From a virus, in IMG/VR virus record IMGVR_UViG_3300046517_002960, positions 96,001 through 160,000 of that record: a stretch of 64,000 nt of DNA; one strand, written 5' to 3'. Below are positions 30,192-39,215 of this stretch, one piece after another. The notes beneath the pieces are model-generated. The model saw nothing but the letters and a program-made list of their open reading frames with translations, was not told the DNA's origin and made no database searches. The first letter of the stretch is position 1. Every line of letters begins with the position of its first letter. A program made the translations under genes and the position numbers.

Positions 30192-30526
30192 AGTTTGTGG
30201 ACAATGAGAGCATGAGCGATCCCGGCACGGAAAGGTGGCTGCCGCTGCCCGGGTACGCGGGTTTTACGAAGTGAGCGATCAGGGCCGCGTGTACTCCCTG
30301 CCCAGGGCGGCGACACGCGGGGGCCTGCTCAGGCTGTCCGTAAATTCCCGCGGTTACCGGCACGCGGCGCTGTGCAAGTACGGCCGGGTGCGCGTCATCC
30401 CGGCCGGGCGCCTGGTCCTGATGACGTTTGACCGCCCGCCGCGGCCCGGCGAGCGGGCGCTGCACGGCCCCGGCGGGCCGGGAGATGACAGCCGGGCCAA
30501 CCTGCGGTGGGGGTAGTTTGTGGACA
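30192..30526. repeat. 12-bp direct repeat AGTTTGTGGACA at 30192-30203 and 30515-30526
   Basis: Exact copies bracketing the NUMOD4 gene. Confidence 0.8.
30212..30516 (+). CDS. NUMOD4-HNH-type endonuclease split by a -1 frameshift (recoded or pseudogene)
   Basis: ERWLPLPGYAG + FYEVSDQGRVYSL joined at G GGT TTT; HGPGGPGDDSRANLRWG. Confidence 0.7.
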
Positions 30527-30555
30527 TGGCGGCCCGCCTGTGGTGAGGTGAGAGC

Positions 30556-31056
30556 GTGGACAGCGAGGCCGTCAGGTCCGCGGCGCTGATCGCTGCCTCC
30601 TCCGTCGTCCCGCGAGGGACCAGCGCGCCAGACCTGACCCAGTACGCAGGACAGCTGATCCCGTGGATTACCGCAGCCCCGACCGCCGGGCTGGACGTGA
30701 CCGTGCTCCTGGACGGCACGCTCATCCTGCACAGCTCACACGGAGGAGAAATGGCCTTCACCGCCGCCGTCACCGATACCAGCGTCGTCATCACCGGCAC
30801 CTGCAAGGACGCCGGGGGCAACGCGACCGGCGAGCAGGTCCGCTGGACTACCGACGACCCGAATGGCACCATCCTGGCCCCGTCCGTCTCCGCCAACTCC
30901 GGTACCTGGACCGGCACGGTCACCGGCACTACCGGTACCGTCAACGTCTCCGCGAACGCCGCGCAGACCGCGGGCGTGCCGCCGTTCCTGGCCCAGGTCA
31001 CGGTCGGCCCCGGCCCTACCGTCACCATCGAGGGCGATGTGGTCATTAACCACTGA
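30556..31056 (+). CDS. protein with beta-rich Ig-like C-terminal domain
   Basis: Thr/Val-rich VITGTCKDAGGN..VRWTTDDP..GTVNVSA; opposite strand to the structural genes. Confidence 0.6.
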   Translation: MDSEAVRSAALIAASSVVPRGTSAPDLTQYAGQLIPWITAAPTAGLDVTVLLDGTLILHSSHGGEMAFTAAVTDTSVVITGTCKDAGGNATGEQVRWTTDDPNGTILAPSVSANSGTWTGTVTGTTGTVNVSANAAQTAGVPPFLAQVTVGPGPTVTIEGDVVINH

Positions 31057-31088
31057 CCCGGGCCTGATTCTCCGGCCGGCCGGATTTT

Positions 31089-31523
31089 TCAGGCAGCTTC
31101 CGCCTCATCGCAATCGCATCTCCCTGTGCGCGCCTGCGCCAGGCGGCAGTTGGCGCACAGGACCCGCCAGCCGGGCGGCCAGCCCTGCTTGCGAAGCTGG
31201 AACGCCCGGGGGAACCCGCCGCCGCTATCGCTGCCCGGTTTGTCCCGGCCCGTGCTCACCAGCATGAGCACCACGGCCCGGGACGTGCCGCAGCACTCGC
31301 ACTGGCTGTCGCCGTACACGGCCAGGGCCTCGGCGACGACTTTGGACTGGTAGGTGGCGCACCGCTCGGCGTTGCACGTGCTGCACGCCGCCGCCCGGCC
31401 GTCCTTCGCCCGCTTGTTCACCGGGAAGTCGTCTTCGAGATCCTTGACCAGCCCGCAGCCAGAGCAGCGCTTCATCCCCTCCGGCACCGGCCCGGCTGCG
31501 GCGGTATCCGTGACATCGGGCAT
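31089..31523 (-). CDS. zinc-finger HNH-like protein
   Basis: CSGC..CSTC, CECCG, LCANC. Confidence 0.65.
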   Translation of the reverse strand: MPDVTDTAAAGPVPEGMKRCSGCGLVKDLEDDFPVNKRAKDGRAAACSTCNAERCATYQSKVVAEALAVYGDSQCECCGTSRAVVLMLVSTGRDKPGSDSGGGFPRAFQLRKQGWPPGWRVLCANCRLAQARTGRCDCDEAEAA

Positions 31524-31600
31524 ATTGTTAGCTTAGCTTATCTGCACTGGCAGGGCATACTGTTAGACGCCCGCCTATACGAAAGTGACCCAGGCCTGTC

Positions 31601-31768
31601 ATGAATGACGCTAATTACCGCGAGCTGATCAGCCTGCTGGAACGGATTGCGGACGCCCTGGAACGCATAGCCGCCAAGCTGACTGCTGAGGAAGGCTCAC
31701 ACGGTTCCGGCGCACGCTTGAAGGGCCTGCCCGATTTGCGCGCCCCGAAAGCGTCTGACGGCGAGTAA
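31601..31768 (+). CDS. small coiled-coil protein
   Basis: MNDANYRELISLLERIADALERIAAKL..; 55 aa, below the ORF-track cutoff. Confidence 0.55.
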   Translation: MNDANYRELISLLERIADALERIAAKLTAEEGSHGSGARLKGLPDLRAPKASDGE

Positions 31769-31777
31769 CCTGGCCCC

Positions 31778-32845
31778 TTACAGCTTCTCGATCAAGCCGA
31801 GCAGCCGCTTCGCGTTGTTCTCGAACGTGCGGTCCGCGACCGCTAGCCGGGCCTTCGCCGCCATTTCCTCCCGCTCGGCGTCATGCGACAGCAGCCAGCG
31901 CAGCTTCTCCGACGCGTCGCCGGGGCCGCTGAACGACGGCAGGATCTTCCCGAACAGCTCGTCAGATTCCGGCCGCGGGTCGCGCAGGAACGGCAGGCCT
32001 GTCGCCGCCAGCTCGATCTCCCGCGGGCCGCACGCCCAGCCCTGGCCGTCCCAGTCCTCGGTGCCCTCGCGCCGGTAGAAGTTCAGCCCGGCCTTCGCGT
32101 GCCGGTACAGCTCGGCCGCCTGCGGGTTGTCGATGCAGTCCGGTTCGCCCAGCGGAGTGCCCACGTACCGGGCGGCGGGCGAGGCAGGATCCAGCTTGCC
32201 CCAGTCGTTCCCGGCCAGCAGCACGTCCAGCCCGGACAGGTCCATCTGCTCGAAGAACGCGATCCTGGAGGCGAACGCGGTGCCGATGAAGCACAGGTCG
32301 CTGGCCAGTTCCGGGTCGCGCGGCCCGCTCCGCGGATAATGCACCGATGGCCGGAAGGCATGCGGCATGTACTCAGCGGCTGTGACATCGCGGAACGCCT
32401 CCAGGTTCGCGGGATCGTTCAGCAGGGCCAGATCCGCGAATGCAGCCCGCGGCAGCTGTTCATTGTCTTGATACGGCGATTCAGTAAAGTGCATCACGGT
32501 CCTGAAGTTACGGCTGCGCATCAGCTGCATGTACGCCGCGGTCATGTAGAACCCGCTGATCATCAGGACCACGTCTGGCCAGAAGGTCAGCAGCGCGTGC
32601 GAGATGCCCTGCAGGGCCGCCATGAAGACCTGCTCCTGGGACATCGCGTTCCGCACGACCGGCAGTCCCGTCTCGTCCTTCTCGCCTGTGTCGATCAGGG
32701 CGTTGGAGTAGAAGATGAGGCGGTCATTGAGGTTGTAGATCTGCGCGTCGCAGCCGAGTTCACGCAGTCCCTCGCACCAGCCGACCGCCACGTCATGCAC
32801 GCTGAAATCGGGTAAAGGCCCGGGGTGAACGATGAGGACACGCAT
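31778..32845 (-). CDS. GT-B glycosyltransferase (CgeB / Glyco_trans_1_2-like)
   Basis: DLCFIGT..SR, LYRHAKAGLNF, GPREIELAATG, LAVADRTF..AKRLL. Confidence 0.85.
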   Translation of the reverse strand: MRVLIVHPGPLPDFSVHDVAVGWCEGLRELGCDAQIYNLNDRLIFYSNALIDTGEKDETGLPVVRNAMSQEQVFMAALQGISHALLTFWPDVVLMISGFYMTAAYMQLMRSRNFRTVMHFTESPYQDNEQLPRAAFADLALLNDPANLEAFRDVTAAEYMPHAFRPSVHYPRSGPRDPELASDLCFIGTAFASRIAFFEQMDLSGLDVLLAGNDWGKLDPASPAARYVGTPLGEPDCIDNPQAAELYRHAKAGLNFYRREGTEDWDGQGWACGPREIELAATGLPFLRDPRPESDELFGKILPSFSGPGDASEKLRWLLSHDAEREEMAAKARLAVADRTFENNAKRLLGLIEKL

Positions 32846-32864
32846 GGGCTGTAACCACCCCCTC

Positions 32865-33296
32865 TTAGATCGCTCCGCAGTTCAGGTTCAGCCGGCACCC
32901 GAAGTAAATAATGCCGCTGTACTCCACGCGCCCGTAGCTGTCGGCGCTGACCGGCTCGCACCATTCCACCTGCCCGCCGAGCGAGGTGTCCTTCAGGATC
33001 GCGGCCGGGATGGACTGGCCGGACCCGTCGCCGTGGTCGATGCCGAGGTAAGCGTCCAGCGCCCGCTGGGAGGCGTCGACCGGCGCCGCGTCGGTGATCA
33101 GGATCAGCACCATCAGGTTGAGCGTGAAGGTCTCGTCCATGGTGGAGCCGTACTGCAGGAACGGGCCGGCCCGGCCGGGCAGCACGACGGCGCACGGCGG
33201 GGTGACCTGATCCCGGGCCTGCCCCATCGCGCGCAGCCCGGTGTGCGCGGTGATCTGCGCGGCCAGCGCGTTGGTGACGGCAACCAGGTCCGCGAT
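32865..33296 (-). CDS. tail terminator / head-tail joining protein, apparent AUC start
   Basis: (I)ADLVAVTNALAAQI..DTSLGGQVEWC..YFGCRLNL; TAATC overlaps the upstream stop like TAATG. Confidence 0.7.
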   Translation of the reverse strand: MADLVAVTNALAAQITAHTGLRAMGQARDQVTPPCAVVLPGRAGPFLQYGSTMDETFTLNLMVLILITDAAPVDASQRALDAYLGIDHGDGSGQSIPAAILKDTSLGGQVEWCEPVSADSYGRVEYSGIIYFGCRLNLNCGAI

Positions 33297-33511
33297 TACT
33301 CCTCGCCCCCGTCCCACTCCCAGCCGCAGCCGCTGAGGCCGGCCCCGGCTCCCGGGACGGGATGCCAGTACAGGTGCACGGCCAGCGCCGTCAGCAGCGC
33401 GGGCGCGAGCACCCGGTGCCGCTGGCAGAGCCGGGTGACGGTCGGCAGCCTCCCGGTGGCGATCGCCGCGACCTCGTACCCGCAGATCGCTGCGGCGGCC
33501 CACTTAGCCAC
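33296..33511 (-). CDS. small membrane protein
   Basis: Two short hydrophobic segments. Confidence 0.55.
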   Translation of the reverse strand: MAKWAAAAICGYEVAAIATGRLPTVTRLCQRHRVLAPALLTALAVHLYWHPVPGAGAGLSGCGWEWDGGEE

Positions 33512-33773
33512 CAGGGGCCTCGCAGGCGCAGCCAGGCCCGTGCACCATGACCCCGGTGACCGACCGGTAGCAGGCAGGCGCAGGCACGAAATCGTCCTCC
33601 GGGCCGGTCTCCCAGGTCATGAACCCGGTATGCCGGAAGCCGGCGCGCTTCAGCTCCCGCACGGTCCGCGGCCACGTGATGAACTCGCGTACCTGCCAGC
33701 AGGCGTACAGCCACAGCGGCACGGTACGGTCCGGCGGCGCGGGACATCCGCTGCTGCACGCGCGGTCACCCAT
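33504..33773 (-). CDS. hypothetical protein
   Basis: Coupled overlaps; Cys-rich tail. Confidence 0.5.
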   Translation of the reverse strand: MGDRACSSGCPAPPDRTVPLWLYACWQVREFITWPRTVRELKRAGFRHTGFMTWETGPEDDFVPAPACYRSVTGVMVHGPGCACEAPGG

Positions 33774-34050
33774 AGCCAGCCACTGCCCCGGGCCTGGCCC
33801 AGCCGTCCGGCGGGTCCGTCACCCAGTCCGCGGGGTCCCGGCCGGCGTTCGGGCAGCCGCCGCCGTGGCCGCCCCCGCCCTGGGCGTAGCAGACGCCGCA
33901 CTCCGGGATCCCGGTGAGGCTGCCGGTGCCGCCCGGGCCGACCTGCCCGTGATCCGGGTCGTCGTACGCGTACGGCGCCGGGCTCAGCGGGCCTGCCGCG
34001 ATCGGCCCCGGATCCGGCGGGCTGCCCCGGCGCTTGCGCGGCGGGCTCAC
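33766..34050 (-). CDS. hypothetical protein (CGVC..H..GCP)
   Basis: GTGA coupling; metal-ligand pattern. Confidence 0.55.
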   Translation of the reverse strand: MSPPRKRRGSPPDPGPIAAGPLSPAPYAYDDPDHGQVGPGGTGSLTGIPECGVCYAQGGGGHGGGCPNAGRDPADWVTDPPDGWARPGAVAGYG

Positions 34051-34280
34051 TTACCCGGCTTCCTGCCCGCGGCCTTCTTCTTGCCCGCGGCCACGGGCTT
34101 GCCGGCAGCTGCCACGGGCTTGCCGGCAGCGGGGACGGGCTTGCCAGGCGCGGGCTTGCCGAAGGGCGCCGCCTGCTTGCCGCTGAATGGCAATGCCTTG
34201 CCGTCCGGGGGTGCTTTCGCCGGGGTCTTGTCCCGGGCCTTGCCCTTGGGCTTGGCGGGCGGGGGCTTGCTCGTCGCCAT
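34047..34280 (-). CDS. small Lys/Pro/Ala-rich basic (histone-like) protein
   Basis: KPAPGKPVPAAGKPVAAAGKPV repeats; GAGGA RBS. Confidence 0.65.
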   Translation of the reverse strand: MATSKPPPAKPKGKARDKTPAKAPPDGKALPFSGKQAAPFGKPAPGKPVPAAGKPVAAAGKPVAAGKKKAAGRKPGK

Positions 34281-34334
34281 GGATCCTCCTCATCGGTTAC
34301 TGCGGGGCTCCCTCGCAGCAGTTATCGCAGCGCA

Positions 34335-34982
34335 CTACTCCCCCTCCCACTCCAGCCACCAGGCCTCCTCCGGGGCGCCGCGCCAGGGCAGCAGCGCGCA
34401 CCACGGCACCAGCAGGCCCCAGGAGATCGCCCCGGCTCCGTCCGGGTGCGCGAGGACGGCATGGTAGCCCTGCGGCAGGCTCAGCCCGTAGACCAGGCCG
34501 GGGGCCTCGGTGTCCGGGTCGCACCGCTCGAAGTGGGCTAGTTTCTCCCCGGTCCCGGGAAATCCTTCCGCCCGGACGTACTCGAGCAGGTCAGCCATGG
34601 TCGCGGCCTGGACTGATTTCCAGAGCTCGAGCACGGAGTCGTCCGCTACCCAGGTTCCGGTGAACGCGGCCAGGTGGGCGGCGACCGCGACGGGGCCGCA
34701 GACGGGCAGCGCGTGAAGATCCAGGGCCTTACCGGGCCTGACGCCGTACCGGGTCCAGGTGTCCGGGGCCGGGGCCTTCGGCTTCTTCGCCGCCTTGTAC
34801 GCCTTGCCCTGGGCGCGCAGGTGCGTCGCGGTCCGCGCCTTGGCCAGGTTCCGGCGGGACGCGGCCAGCTGCTTCTCCGTCCGCGGCCGGCCCTTCAGCG
34901 CCTTCCGGGCCTTGACCAGGTTGCCCCGGTCGGCGGCCAGCTGCTTGCCGGTGATGTGCGATCCCCGTGCCCTGGCTGTCAC
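34335..34982 (-). CDS. basic N-terminal repeats plus putative papain-like domain
   Basis: KQLAAxRxNLxKAR twice; VCGPVAV, YHAVL, ISWG. Confidence 0.55.
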   Translation of the reverse strand: MTARARGSHITGKQLAADRGNLVKARKALKGRPRTEKQLAASRRNLAKARTATHLRAQGKAYKAAKKPKAPAPDTWTRYGVRPGKALDLHALPVCGPVAVAAHLAAFTGTWVADDSVLELWKSVQAATMADLLEYVRAEGFPGTGEKLAHFERCDPDTEAPGLVYGLSLPQGYHAVLAHPDGAGAISWGLLVPWCALLPWRGAPEEAWWLEWEGE

Positions 34983-34985
34983 GTC

Positions 34986-35156
34986 TCACCACCTGAATTC
35001 GAAGCGCCGGTATCCGAGGGTGATCAGCACGCCGGGCCGCTCGCCGCGATGCAGCGGGTAGATCATCCAGACCGGCCAGGCGTCCGGGTCGGCCCGGTTC
35101 ACGTGCAGCTTCAGCCGCCTGCCCAGGGTCCAGGTGCGGTACGGGGTGGCGGCCAT
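34986..35156 (-). CDS. hypothetical protein
   Basis: MAATPYRTWTLG..FEFRW*. Confidence 0.5.
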   Translation of the reverse strand: MAATPYRTWTLGRRLKLHVNRADPDAWPVWMIYPLHRGERPGVLITLGYRRFEFRW

Positions 35157-35326
35157 CAGGGCAGCTCCCATCGGCGGTCCCGGCGGCCCTCGGCTATGCG
35201 GGCGGCCCGTTCAAACGCTCCGTTCCGCCCGCATAGCCAGCAGGATGGCCGGGGAAGCGGCCAGGGATGTTCCGGGCACGGCCGCTGCTGCGCGCGGATG
35301 GCAGCCGCGATTTCCCGGCCGGTCAC
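35156..35326 (-). CDS. hypothetical protein (CPEH..CWLC)
   Basis: GTG start coupled to the upstream small ORF. Confidence 0.45.
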   Translation of the reverse strand: MTGREIAAAIRAQQRPCPEHPWPLPRPSCWLCGRNGAFERAARIAEGRRDRRWELP

Positions 35327-35414
35327 CGGCTCCGCCCCCCGCGGACCGCGCCGCTGGCCTTCGGGATGATCACCGGGACCAGCGCGGAGCAGTTGACGGT
35401 GGTCAGGACGAACA

Positions 35415-36359
35415 TCACACGCCCACCGCCCTGGCACTGACGTACGGCCGCAGCTGCTCGATGATCCACGGGTTGGCATTCGCGCGGATTACACCGAGGT
35501 CGCTGACCCCGGCAACGCCAAATGGCGCATCCTTGTACTTGAAGACGTCCGCGGCCAGCATCCGGCAGGCCTCGCTGACCGCCCACGGTATGGCCGGCCA
35601 GCCCCACGGGCCGGTGATCTGCACCCGGTTCAGGTTCGAGTAGGGCCAGGTCAGCGGCAGCCACTTCCCGCCGCCGATGACCTGCAGCTGCCGGAACGGC
35701 CGGGCGATCCCGGTGGGGCTGCGGTTGAACTGGCCGTCGCCGTAACGCAGCACGTAGTCGGTGCCCCGGGTCCAGGCCTGCTCCCAGGCGCCGTCGCCGT
35801 CCTGGTCGACCTTCACCGTGATGGACGGGTCATCAGCCAGGTCATCGATCTCGAGCAGCCACATGCCGGACGGCTGGAACGTCCGGGCTTCGGTGACGCG
35901 GTTGAAGTGCCGGCCGCAGACTTCGTTAATCCAGCCGGTGGCCGCGGCGATGGCGTTCTGCAGCGCGTAGTCCTCATCCGGCTCATCGATGCCCAGCCGG
36001 TCCTTCATCTCCTCCAGGCCGCAGTACCACAGCTGGGAACCGCCGGCCGGGAGGACCCGCCAGGTGCCCGGCTGGACGTCGCTGACCACCCCGGTGCCGA
36101 TCCACTCGTACCCCCACAGCCCGTCCACCCCGGCGACCGAGGGCGAGCACGGCACCGACAGGGTGTACTTGCCGGTCATCACCTTGACGATGTCGGCCGG
36201 GCTCACGCCGGCGTAGGTGTGGGTGACCGACAGCCCGGACGCCTCGGTCACGGCGCAGGAGACCGTGGTCGGGTCCGCGGGGGTGCCGCTGGCGCCCGCG
36301 AATGACGCCGACAGCACGGCGATCTCGTTGACGTTGTCGTAGAAGCAGGTCGCGGTCAC
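35415..36359 (-). CDS. head-tail adaptor (gp15/gp6-like) with extra N-terminal domain
   Basis: LEEMKDRLGI..AATGWINEVCGRHF..GPWGWPAIPWAVSEAC..APFGVAG. Confidence 0.85.
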   Translation of the reverse strand: MTATCFYDNVNEIAVLSASFAGASGTPADPTTVSCAVTEASGLSVTHTYAGVSPADIVKVMTGKYTLSVPCSPSVAGVDGLWGYEWIGTGVVSDVQPGTWRVLPAGGSQLWYCGLEEMKDRLGIDEPDEDYALQNAIAAATGWINEVCGRHFNRVTEARTFQPSGMWLLEIDDLADDPSITVKVDQDGDGAWEQAWTRGTDYVLRYGDGQFNRSPTGIARPFRQLQVIGGGKWLPLTWPYSNLNRVQITGPWGWPAIPWAVSEACRMLAADVFKYKDAPFGVAGVSDLGVIRANANPWIIEQLRPYVSARAVGV

Positions 36360-36504
36360 GGCATCGGCGGCGGGCGGTCAATGCGCTGCCCATCACGACG
36401 ACCTGGCCCTGCGGCCCGCTGCCACTAGCTTACGGCGGCGCGCTGATCAGGGATAGCTCCGGGAGTTCCGGGACGCATCCTCCGGGCCGCGGCCGGGTGC
36501 CAGG

Positions 36505-36720
36505 TCAGGGGTAGCTGCCCTTCATGACGCCGTCTACCCGCAGGTGCACTGCGGCGGGCAGCGGCCCGTCCCAGCGGACCTGCGCGACCCGGCGGCCGTC
36601 CGCGGCCCAGTCCAGGTAGGCGTCCCTCCAGCCGGCGCCGGGTGTTTCCAGCTCGATCACGGCGAGCTCGGGTCCGTCGTACGGCACCCGGAGCCACCCG
36701 TCTTCTACTACCGGCCTCAT
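36505..36720 (-). CDS. hypothetical protein
   Basis: ATG after GAGG. Confidence 0.5.
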   Translation of the reverse strand: MRPVVEDGWLRVPYDGPELAVIELETPGAGWRDAYLDWAADGRRVAQVRWDGPLPAAVHLRVDGVMKGSYP

Positions 36721-36767
36721 CGCGGCTCCTCAAGCACGTGAGAACCCTCAATCCGAAAAGTTGTAAT

Positions 36768-37124
36768 TCAGGTAATCGTGAGCGTATCCACTTTCCTGAT
36801 GATGTTCTCCGACGCGGTCCTGACCAGTATCCACACCTGGTAGCTGCCTGCTGCCAGCGACGCCAGGTCCCCGGGCGAGACCCCGGATCCGCCCGGGCCG
36901 ATCTTGGTCACCACGTCGACCTGACCGGCGACGGCCAGCGGCGGCTTCGGCGTGATCGTGCCGTCTACCAGCTGCACGGTGGTGAACTGGCTGACAGCGG
37001 GAATCGTGTTCGGACTGGTATTGACGAAGATGCCGACCGAGGTGATGTCGCTGACCGCGCCGCGGCTGATGGTGAGGGTGTTGGCGATGTACTCGGTGGC
37101 GGTGCTGTAGAGCGTGGCGCTCAT
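36768..37124 (-). CDS. virion structural protein (beta-sandwich-like)
   Basis: MSATLYSTATEY..GSYQVWILV; GGAG RBS. Confidence 0.65.
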   Translation of the reverse strand: MSATLYSTATEYIANTLTISRGAVSDITSVGIFVNTSPNTIPAVSQFTTVQLVDGTITPKPPLAVAGQVDVVTKIGPGGSGVSPGDLASLAAGSYQVWILVRTASENIIRKVDTLTIT

Positions 37125-37125
37125 T

Positions 37126-38622
37126 TCAGGGGCTCCTGTCTGCGGTAACCGGGCCGGCGTGCGTCCCGTCGTCGTCGGTGAGGCCGGCCGCGGGGACTTG
37201 CGCCCGCGAAGCTGTCGGCCCGGCGGTGACGCTGATGTCGACCTGGGTGAACACGGGCGGCCAGGCTGCCGCCGCCGCGGCTGCCGCGGCCGGGTGCGCC
37301 AGGGTCGTGCCCGGGGCAGTGACGGCCGGCGCGGGTGCCAGCCCGGCGGCTGTCGCGGTGGCCGGCTGGGCCTGGCTGGCGGGCGTGACCTCGACATCGA
37401 CCCAGTAGACCTGCGTCGATCCGGCCGAGGGGCTGGCTACGGGCGCGAACAGGTACGGGTACCGGTCCGGCGGCCCCTGGGAGAACGTGGGCTGGCCGGC
37501 CTGGGTGGTCCCGTTCTGGAACGGGGGCGTGGCCCCGCCCGCGCTGCCGTCGTAGGTGTAAGCCGTGGACGCGCCCGCCAGGTTCGGCGCGGACAGCGGC
37601 CCCCAGGTGATCCCGCCGCCGCCTTCCCCGCCGCGGAAGTAGTCGGTATTGGCGTCTTTCGGCGACCAGCCGTCCGGGACGGAGGCCGCGTTGTAGACCG
37701 ACACCTTGTACTTCCCGGCAGGCAGGACGGTCCCGGAGAACGAGCAGGACACCCAGCCGGACCCGGCCGCGCCGGACCAGGAGGGGGAGGCAGCCTGCGC
37801 GGTCAGCGTCCCGGTCGTCCCCGTCCCGGTGATGTGCCAGACGCTCGCCGCGGTGGCCAGCTGCGCGGTGCCTGGCGGGCTGTAATACCACACCTTGTTC
37901 AGCGCGCAGGACTGGGACAGGGCGAATTCGGTGGCGACGTCGTAGTTGACCGCGGCGTCCTGCACGGTGGCGGGGTTGGCGTCGTACTTGTTCGGCCAGA
38001 GCCGGTAGGGGCCGCCGTACCCGGCCGGGCCGGTGTCGCTGACCGAGACGTCCATCCAGAAATTCGCGGAGTTGGATCCGCTGGCCGGCATGATCAGCGC
38101 CGGGTCATTGCCGGCGGTGGAGAAGCAGCCCTGCGCGGTGCCGTACGGCTCGGGTTTCGTGCCGCCGCCGCCGACGCCGTCGCTGAACGCCGTCAGCGGC
38201 CCGTTCGTGATCCCCGCGGTGTGCCCGCCCGTGCCGTAGCTGCCGCTTGCCCCGGTGCCGGCTCCGGTCGTGTCGGAATCGGGGAAGCCCGTTGCTGTCC
38301 ACCCGGTGCACGCGCAGTAGCCGGTGCCGATGGCCAGCGGGACCGGGGTGCCGAGCGTGACCTGGTTCCAGCTCCCGGCCGTCAGCGTGCCCGAGGTGAC
38401 GGTGGCCGCGCTGATCAGCGTGCCGGTCCCGGCGCCGCGGATCGCCCATAGCGCGAACTTGCGGGCGGTCGTGTCACCTCCGGCCGGGACCCAGTGCCAG
38501 TACCCGGTGAGCCACATGCCGCCGGAGGTGACCTTGAACAGGACCCCGGCCAGGAAATTCCCGGTGTAAGCGACCGGGGCGGACGGCCCGTTCGTGGCGG
38601 GGAACAGCCGGTACGTGGTCAT
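37126..38622 (-). CDS. virion protein with two DUF4082-like domains
   Basis: GVLFKVTSGG..GYWHW and ATEFALSQS..KVWYY, W..V..S repeats. Confidence 0.7.
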   Translation of the reverse strand: MTTYRLFPATNGPSAPVAYTGNFLAGVLFKVTSGGMWLTGYWHWVPAGGDTTARKFALWAIRGAGTGTLISAATVTSGTLTAGSWNQVTLGTPVPLAIGTGYCACTGWTATGFPDSDTTGAGTGASGSYGTGGHTAGITNGPLTAFSDGVGGGGTKPEPYGTAQGCFSTAGNDPALIMPASGSNSANFWMDVSVSDTGPAGYGGPYRLWPNKYDANPATVQDAAVNYDVATEFALSQSCALNKVWYYSPPGTAQLATAASVWHITGTGTTGTLTAQAASPSWSGAAGSGWVSCSFSGTVLPAGKYKVSVYNAASVPDGWSPKDANTDYFRGGEGGGGITWGPLSAPNLAGASTAYTYDGSAGGATPPFQNGTTQAGQPTFSQGPPDRYPYLFAPVASPSAGSTQVYWVDVEVTPASQAQPATATAAGLAPAPAVTAPGTTLAHPAAAAAAAAAWPPVFTQVDISVTAGPTASRAQVPAAGLTDDDGTHAGPVTADRSP

Positions 38623-39215
38623 CAGGAGGCTCCTGCCATCATCGACTCCCGGGTGAGCACGCCGCTGGCCCCGGTTCCGTCGCCCTGGGTCGGCCCGGCC
38701 CGCGTCCCGTCGCCTGCCGTGTCCCCCGCGGACAGGACCTGGGCGCGGGAGACGGTCGGGCCGGCGAGCACGGTGATGTCGGCCTGGTTCCGGCCGCGCG
38801 GTCCGCTCGCATCCGGGGCCGTGCCCGCGGCGGTGGCAGCGCCCGCGACCGGGGCCGCGAACGGGATCCCGGACGGCACGTAGGTCACCGACAGCGCGGC
38901 GTAGTCCACGGAGACCGTCGTGCCGGACGGTGCCGATCCCGGGCTGGCGAAGATCTGCAGCTGAAGCCAGTACAGCGCGGCCCAGGACGGCGCCGGGAAC
39001 GTCACCTGGTCGCTGTGCGCGGGCGACGTGCTCGCCGTGCCCGTGGTGGTGCCGAGCAGCGCGCCGGTCTTGCCGTCGTGCAGCTCGTAGCCCAGCGGCC
39101 CGGCCGTGATGCCGGATGCCCAGCAGTTCACGGTCGCGGTAACGGAGTCGACCTGATCGGACGGCCCGGGACCGGTGACCCGGAACCCGGACAATACCAG
39201 TGCGGGGGAGGTCAC
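38622..39215 (-). CDS. virion protein, paralog of the N-terminus of 39212-40894
   Basis: SPALVLSGF..DSVTATV..DYAALSVTYVP. Confidence 0.7.
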   Translation of the reverse strand: MTSPALVLSGFRVTGPGPSDQVDSVTATVNCWASGITAGPLGYELHDGKTGALLGTTTGTASTSPAHSDQVTFPAPSWAALYWLQLQIFASPGSAPSGTTVSVDYAALSVTYVPSGIPFAAPVAGAATAAGTAPDASGPRGRNQADITVLAGPTVSRAQVLSAGDTAGDGTRAGPTQGDGTGASGVLTRESMMAGAS

